This document shows, piece after piece, positions 59,154-64,000 of a stretch of 64,000 nucleotides of DNA. The notes under the pieces were generated by a model. It saw only the letters and a list, made by a program, of their open reading frames with translations, was not told the DNA's origin and searched no databases. A program made the position numbers and the translations under genes. The DNA is from an uncultured Actinomycetota bacterium (lineage in GTDB: Bacteria > Actinomycetota > Actinomycetes > JAHEKZ01): contig CAWHIJ010000003.1 in NCBI GenBank assembly GCA_963829525.1, forward strand, positions 32,001 to 96,000. Direction: 5' to 3'. Position 1 is the stretch's first letter. Every line of letters begins with the position of its first letter.

Positions 59154-60131
59154 ATGACTACCCGGGTGACGCAAGACGCGAGCGACGCCGTCGCCGCTCT
59201 TCGCGCCGGGGGGCTGGTGGCCCTGCCCACCGAGACCGTCTACGGCCTGGCCGGCGACGCCCGCGACCCTGCAGCCGTCGCCCGAATCTTCGCCGCCAAG
59301 GGCCGGCCGGCTCACCATCCGGTGATCGTGCACCTGCCAGGTACAGATTCGCTGGACCGCTGGGCCCTGGCCGTCCCGACATGGGCGCGGGCCCTCGCCG
59401 AGGCCCTGTGGCCGGGACCCTTGACGCTCGTCGTCGCCCGGGCGCCCGGCGTGCTGGACGTAGTCACGGGAGGCCAACCGACCGTTGGCCTCCGCGCGCC
59501 GGCACACCCGCTGACCCAGGAGGTGCTGCGGCAGTTCGGTGGGGGGCTCGCCGCTCCGTCGGCGAACCGCTACGGACACGTCAGTCCCACCACCGTCGAA
59601 CATGTCCTGTCCGAGCTCGGTGGAGTGCTCGACGAGAGTCGAGACGTCATCCTCGACGGCGGCCGCTGCCCCGTTGGCGTCGAGTCGACCATCATCGGTG
59701 CATGGGACGACACGCCCCGGCTGCTTCGCGCCGGGGCCATCACCGCCGAACAAGTCGCTGAGCTCACCGGCCTCGACGTGTCCCGAGTCGACGGAGGCGT
59801 CCGCGCACCTGGGACGACCGTGGCGCACTACGCACCCTCCGCGCAGGTGATACCCGTCGAGGCCGATGAGCTGCCAGACGTCGTCATCGATGTTGCCGGC
59901 CCCTTCGGGCTCATTGCGCTTTCTTCGGTCTCCGTGCCCGACGTCGGCCATGTACGCCTCGCAGCTCCGATCGATGCCGGCGAGTACGCGTTCGCCCTAT
60001 ATGCCGCGCTACGGGCCGCCGACGATGCCGGACTCAAGGTCGTCGTCGCTGTCTTGCCGCCAGACACCGGCGTTGGTCACGCCGTCCGCGACCGGTTGCT
60101 CCGCGCCGCGGTTCCGGGGGTGCGGTCGTGA
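59154..60131 (+). CDS. L-threonylcarbamoyladenylate synthase (Sua5/TsaC)
   Basis: PTETVYGL, KGRP, WPGPLT, APSAN, GVESTI, APG..HYAP Sua5 domain. Confidence 0.93.
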   Translation: MTTRVTQDASDAVAALRAGGLVALPTETVYGLAGDARDPAAVARIFAAKGRPAHHPVIVHLPGTDSLDRWALAVPTWARALAEALWPGPLTLVVARAPGVLDVVTGGQPTVGLRAPAHPLTQEVLRQFGGGLAAPSANRYGHVSPTTVEHVLSELGGVLDESRDVILDGGRCPVGVESTIIGAWDDTPRLLRAGAITAEQVAELTGLDVSRVDGGVRAPGTTVAHYAPSAQVIPVEADELPDVVIDVAGPFGLIALSSVSVPDVGHVRLAAPIDAGEYAFALYAALRAADDAGLKVVVAVLPPDTGVGHAVRDRLLRAAVPGVRS

Positions 60132-61651
60132 AACGACTTCGCACGGCATCGCCCGCAACACCTGAGTCGCATGCCGGCGTCGTCTTTCCGCTCACCCAAG
60201 GCGAGCGGGCTACGCAGCCAGTGGGCCGGCACATCATCTCGACGTCGACCGGCCGCGTTGACACAGCCGCCAGCGAGTCCGCACGCGACGAGTCCCGTTG
60301 GTACCGGAACTACCCAGCGCACTTCCGCGAGCTGACCCGGCTCTCTGCTGGTGCCAACGCTGGGCTGATCGCTTCGGACGGCCTCGCCGCACTCCACCGC
60401 ACAATGCGCTTCCGCAGACAAGGCGCTGAAGGGTCCATCCTCGGGGCCATGGCTGTGCCGCGTGCTCGCTACTTCAAGGGCGTCACCATCGGTGGAAGCG
60501 GCCCGACGAGTGACGCCGGACTCGTGCTCTATGACGGAGAGCGACCAGTGCGCGGGTCCGACCTGTCGCTGTTGCTCGACAGGTGGACCGACGAGGGCAC
60601 CGCGGAGCCGTCCGCAGCGGACGCCCTGCGGCTCGTCAACGAACACCACGACTGGCTCGATCTCCGCGGACGCACGCTCGTGGTCATGGGCGCAGGTGCC
60701 GAGATGGGTCCGTACGAGGCGCTCCTGGGGTGGGGCGCTCACATCGTCGCTGTGGACCTCCCCAACTCCGGAACCTGGCAGCGCCTGATCGACATCGCCA
60801 GACGCTCCCCCGGACAGCTGACACTTCCAGTGCGTCACTCACTCGATGTCGACGCAGACGACAGCCAGCTCGCGGCGGCCGCAGGGGCCGACGTCGTCAC
60901 CGAAGCTCCTGAGGTCACCGAGTGGTTGATGCAGATAGACCGACCTTTCGTCGTCGGCGACTACGTCTACGCGCCCGGCGCCATGCACGTCCGCACGTCC
61001 GTTGCCGTCGACGCGATCGTGGCAACACTGCTCGACCGACGCCGCGACGTTGGGCTCGCATACCTCGCAACTCCGACGGACGCCTACGCAGTTCCCAGCG
61101 AAGCCGTTACGGATGCACTCCAAGGCTTCAAGGGGTCGAGCCCGATTGTCGCGATGGCCCGGGGCCTCGCCGGCAGTCGAGTTTTCCGGGCCAACTACGA
61201 GGCCATGCTGACCATGCCGACCGGGCGCCGATTCGGGGTCTTCGATGGTCTGATCACCCAGCAGGGATCCAACTACGCTCTGGCCAAACGCATCCAGCAG
61301 TGGCGCGCCATCAAGGCCAGGGAAAACGCTGTGTGGGTCTCGATCAATGTCGCACCGGCGACTCGGACTCGGTCAGTGACAAGCAGCTCGATGCTGCAGG
61401 CCGCATACGGTGGGTCACACCGATTCGGGCTGCGCGTGTTTGAGCCCCAGGCGAGTCGTCAGGTGATGGCCGCGCTCTTGGTACATGACCTCTGCAACCA
61501 GACTTCGGTTGCCAACCCCGAAGTTCAGTTGGGGGACGCGATGGATCTGTTCGCCTCCGAGGCGCTGCACGGGGGCATGTGGCGAGCACCGTTCGAGCCA
61601 CGCTCGGTGCTCGGCTTCGCTGCCGCCACCGGGCGCATCAGCCGCACCTAG
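60128..61651 (+). CDS. Conserved hypothetical protein with Rossmann-like motif
   Basis: Long ORF coupled to sua5 by GTGA overlap; VVMGAGAEMGP, QGSNYALAKRIQ. Confidence 0.75.
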   Translation: MKRLRTASPATPESHAGVVFPLTQGERATQPVGRHIISTSTGRVDTAASESARDESRWYRNYPAHFRELTRLSAGANAGLIASDGLAALHRTMRFRRQGAEGSILGAMAVPRARYFKGVTIGGSGPTSDAGLVLYDGERPVRGSDLSLLLDRWTDEGTAEPSAADALRLVNEHHDWLDLRGRTLVVMGAGAEMGPYEALLGWGAHIVAVDLPNSGTWQRLIDIARRSPGQLTLPVRHSLDVDADDSQLAAAAGADVVTEAPEVTEWLMQIDRPFVVGDYVYAPGAMHVRTSVAVDAIVATLLDRRRDVGLAYLATPTDAYAVPSEAVTDALQGFKGSSPIVAMARGLAGSRVFRANYEAMLTMPTGRRFGVFDGLITQQGSNYALAKRIQQWRAIKARENAVWVSINVAPATRTRSVTSSSMLQAAYGGSHRFGLRVFEPQASRQVMAALLVHDLCNQTSVANPEVQLGDAMDLFASEALHGGMWRAPFEPRSVLGFAAATGRISRT

Positions 61652-61682
61652 CCCGCCGCCGAGGCGTCCGTTGCTTCGACGC

Positions 61683-62132
61683 TCAAACCCATGGTCGCGG
61701 CACGAAGCGCGGAGTCTGCGCCGCGTATTCGGCGTAGTCAGCGAACCGTGCCACTAGGAGCCCCTCCTCGTACCGGGACTTGACAGCCAGCAGCACGGTG
61801 AGCGTCAGGGCCGCGACAGCTGTCGCCCACGTCGGGTGGGCCAGAGTCCAGCCCCAGGCCATGGCGAGGACGCCGCTGTAGATCGGGTGCCGCACCCACT
61901 GGTAGAGCCCAGAGGTGACCAACCCAGCGTCCGCTCGTGGCTCGGGCAACGGCGTCAGCGCAGGGCCGAGCTGTGGGAAGGCAGCCAGTGTGACAACGAC
62001 GCCAGCCGCGGCGAGGGCCCAGCCGACCCAAGAGACCCACGGAGGCGCGGACCAGCCGTCGCCCAAGCGGGGCGCCAGCACCACGAGGACGATCAAGACC
62101 CCCTGGGCAGCGACAAAGAGGCGTCCTTTCAC
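61683..62132 (-). CDS. Isoprenylcysteine carboxylmethyltransferase (ICMT/PEMT) family membrane protein
   Basis: LVTSGLYQWVRHPIYSG, KSRYEE, Y.EY...TPRF.P. Confidence 0.9.
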   Translation of the reverse strand: MKGRLFVAAQGVLIVLVVLAPRLGDGWSAPPWVSWVGWALAAAGVVVTLAAFPQLGPALTPLPEPRADAGLVTSGLYQWVRHPIYSGVLAMAWGWTLAHPTWATAVAALTLTVLLAVKSRYEEGLLVARFADYAEYAAQTPRFVPRPWV

Positions 62133-62261
62133 ACCACCATCTTCCCAATCCCGCCGAGTGTCCCCCAAGTGCCACCCAATCGCGCCGAGCGTCCCTCTGG
62201 GCGCCACATCTGGGCGCCGAGTGTGGTCAGGTCGCCGTCGCCGCGAGCCGATACCTGGTCG

Positions 62262-63043
62262 ATGGGTTCCTTTTCACGACGTTCTGTCGTCGCTACCGCC
62301 GTCGGGTCAGCACTGATCGCCGTCCTGGCCATGGCCGGTGCGCCCGGAACCGGTTCGGCCGCTGAGCGACTGCCGCTACCCGAGCGACTGACCCACATCG
62401 GGGAGAGCCGACAGGTGGTTGTCGTCACGACCCGAGGCTGGAACACCAGCTACGCGAAGCTGCAGACCTGGCAACAGTCCCGCGACGGGACGTGGAAGCA
62501 GGTCGTTGCCCCAGTCTCTGCCAGGGTCGGGTGGAACGGCGTAAGACGCGCAGAGAATCGTCAGCAGAGCACCGGAACCACGCCAGCTGGAACGTTCGAG
62601 CTGTTGCGGGGGTTCGGTCTGGATCGGCCCTCTGGCGTCGAACTTCCCTTCCGGCTTGTGGACAAGAACGACTGGTGGCCTTACGACCCGACCGACCCCG
62701 AGACGTACAACGTGCTGCAGCCGCGTCGCGTGCAGCACGCGACGTGGCGGACGGACGTGGGCCGAGCGGCTGAGGTCGTACAGCTCGCAGTACCGGTACG
62801 CCGTGGTTCTTGACTACAACCTGCCGAGCGGGGTCACCGTGGCGTCGCGGTGAGCGCGTCGCCACCAACTCAGCTGACACGGCAGCCGGCGGTGGCATCT
62901 TCTTGCACGTCAACGGCTCGGGCGCGACAGCCGGATGTATCTCCATCGCACGCGACGAGATGCGCCGTGTGCTGAAGTGGCTCGACCCCAACCTCAGCCC
63001 GGTCATCGTCATCGGGCCGCGGGAGCTCATCGACGAGATGTAG
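62262..63043 (+). CDS. Secreted YkuD-like L,D-transpeptidase family protein (frameshifts ~62755, ~62850)
   Basis: Signal peptide, TTPAGTF, YAVVLDYN, GGIFLHVNG.GATAGCI. Confidence 0.85.
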
Positions 63044-63539
63044 ACCGGCGCGCTACCGCCGCAAGTGCTCGATGCAGACGCAGGCGGTTGTACCGCTGCA
63101 CGGCAATGCAGGGCAGATTGCTCCCGGCCGCGACAGCAACATTGGCCGGGACAGCCCACCAGGGGTTCCAGAGAATCGTCAGCGCAACTCCGCACACCAT
63201 CCCCCAATGCGCATGCTCTGCGCGCCGGGTCTCGACGATGAACTGCTCCATCACCTGGCGATCACCGGCTGCGACGGTCCGCTTCTCGAACCCCCCGAAC
63301 ACCGAACCGGCCTCCGGTAGCCGCGTCTTCCATCGATCGATGCGCAGCGTATCTCGGTACCACCCGCCTCCGCCCTCGAAGCTGCGCTGGCGGGTGATTC
63401 GGTCGTCCTCGGCGAAGTGCGCATCGGGTGTCCGTTGCGCGGCATAGCCCACGAGTGCCGTCCACGCCGGCCAGAACACCGCGTTACCGGCAATGACCAG
63501 GGACGCGGGAAGCCTGCCGACCGGAGTAGAGACGCGCAT
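63027..63539 (-). CDS. CrtO-like (glycosyl-4,4'-diaponeurosporenoate acyltransferase) family protein
   Basis: LRIDRWK.RLPEAG, ETRRAEHAHW, NLPCIAVQRYNR.RL. Confidence 0.75.
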   Translation of the reverse strand: MRVSTPVGRLPASLVIAGNAVFWPAWTALVGYAAQRTPDAHFAEDDRITRQRSFEGGGGWYRDTLRIDRWKTRLPEAGSVFGGFEKRTVAAGDRQVMEQFIVETRRAEHAHWGMVCGVALTILWNPWWAVPANVAVAAGSNLPCIAVQRYNRLRLHRALAAVARRSTSRR

Positions 63540-63608
63540 GCCATCCATTCTGCTGGCTGACCGGTCCGCCCCGCGGCGGCCTCCCCACCAACCGGGTAGC
63601 GTCGCTGC

Positions 63609-64000
63609 ATGAGCGTCGTCGCAATCGTCAACCCCACCAAGGTCAGCGACCCCGACGAGCTTCGGTCGCAGCTCACCACCGCCGCTGAGCAGTACCATCT
63701 CGGTTCCCTGAAGTGGATCGAGACCAGCCCAGATGACCTGGGAACCAGGTCAGCCGCTGCGGCTGTTGCCGACGGCGCCTCTCTCGTCATCGCCTGCGGC
63801 GGTGACGGCACGGTTCGTGCCGTGGTGGCCGGCATGGTGCACAGCGATGTTCCCCTGGGGATTCTTGCGCGAGGTACGGGCAACCTGCTCGCCCGTAATC
63901 TCAACATCCCACTCGAGACGACCGAGTCGCTGGGAACAATCTTCGGTGGTGACGACCGGCGCATCGATGTACTCGACATCTCGCTCGGCAAGGGTCAGCG
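63609..64000 (+). CDS. Diacylglycerol kinase family lipid kinase (3' partial)
   Basis: IVNPTK, ACGGDGTV, GTGNLLARNL; TAGCGT six nt upstream of ATG. Confidence 0.9.
   Translation, partial: MSVVAIVNPTKVSDPDELRSQLTTAAEQYHLGSLKWIETSPDDLGTRSAAAAVADGASLVIACGGDGTVRAVVAGMVHSDVPLGILARGTGNLLARNLNIPLETTESLGTIFGGDDRRIDVLDISLGKGQ

Noticed and set aside
1-64000. tRNA/rRNA genes, prophage or integrase
   Set aside because: No cloverleaf or rRNA signature, phage gene or recombinase motif recognised by eye.

Overview
High-GC actinobacterial chromosomal window (mshD, glnR-like, WhiB, IdeR and PHO boxes, many probable leaderless genes). Single-base frameshifts are scattered through otherwise intact genes, most likely long-read or assembly indels. 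The left half (~2.3-31.5 kb) is a cell-surface/exopolysaccharide-type accessory region: Wzy-like, two Wzc-like kinases, an LMW-PTP, a GH-A hydrolase, Wzx, Ig/FN3 surface proteins, an LPXTG protein and DUF4012. The right half is largely conserved core: ygfZ-fur-nitrobindin, a sulfurtransferase operon with a poly-Cys leader peptide, efeU, glnR, mshD, ppk-CHAD-mutT1-pstSCAB, whiB and sua5. Two candidate undescribed systems stand out. (1) At 15.0-19.5 kb a MauE/double-thioredoxin fusion precedes two Tat-exported Cys-repeat proteins that share an unusual leader (WLD..A[KR] ... RR ... WxxPxLQxxxAPAA), followed by an HPr-kinase-like/PqqD fusion, with a second PqqD gene at 26.5 kb. (2) Two solitary AbiEi/DUF559-type nuclease-like genes are each flanked by their own family of REP-like repeats and preceded by DnaA-box-like TTGTCCACA motifs, and a third, orphan repeat array lies between them. 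No rRNA, tRNA, CRISPR or IS transposase was recognised. All family calls come from motif reading, not database searches.
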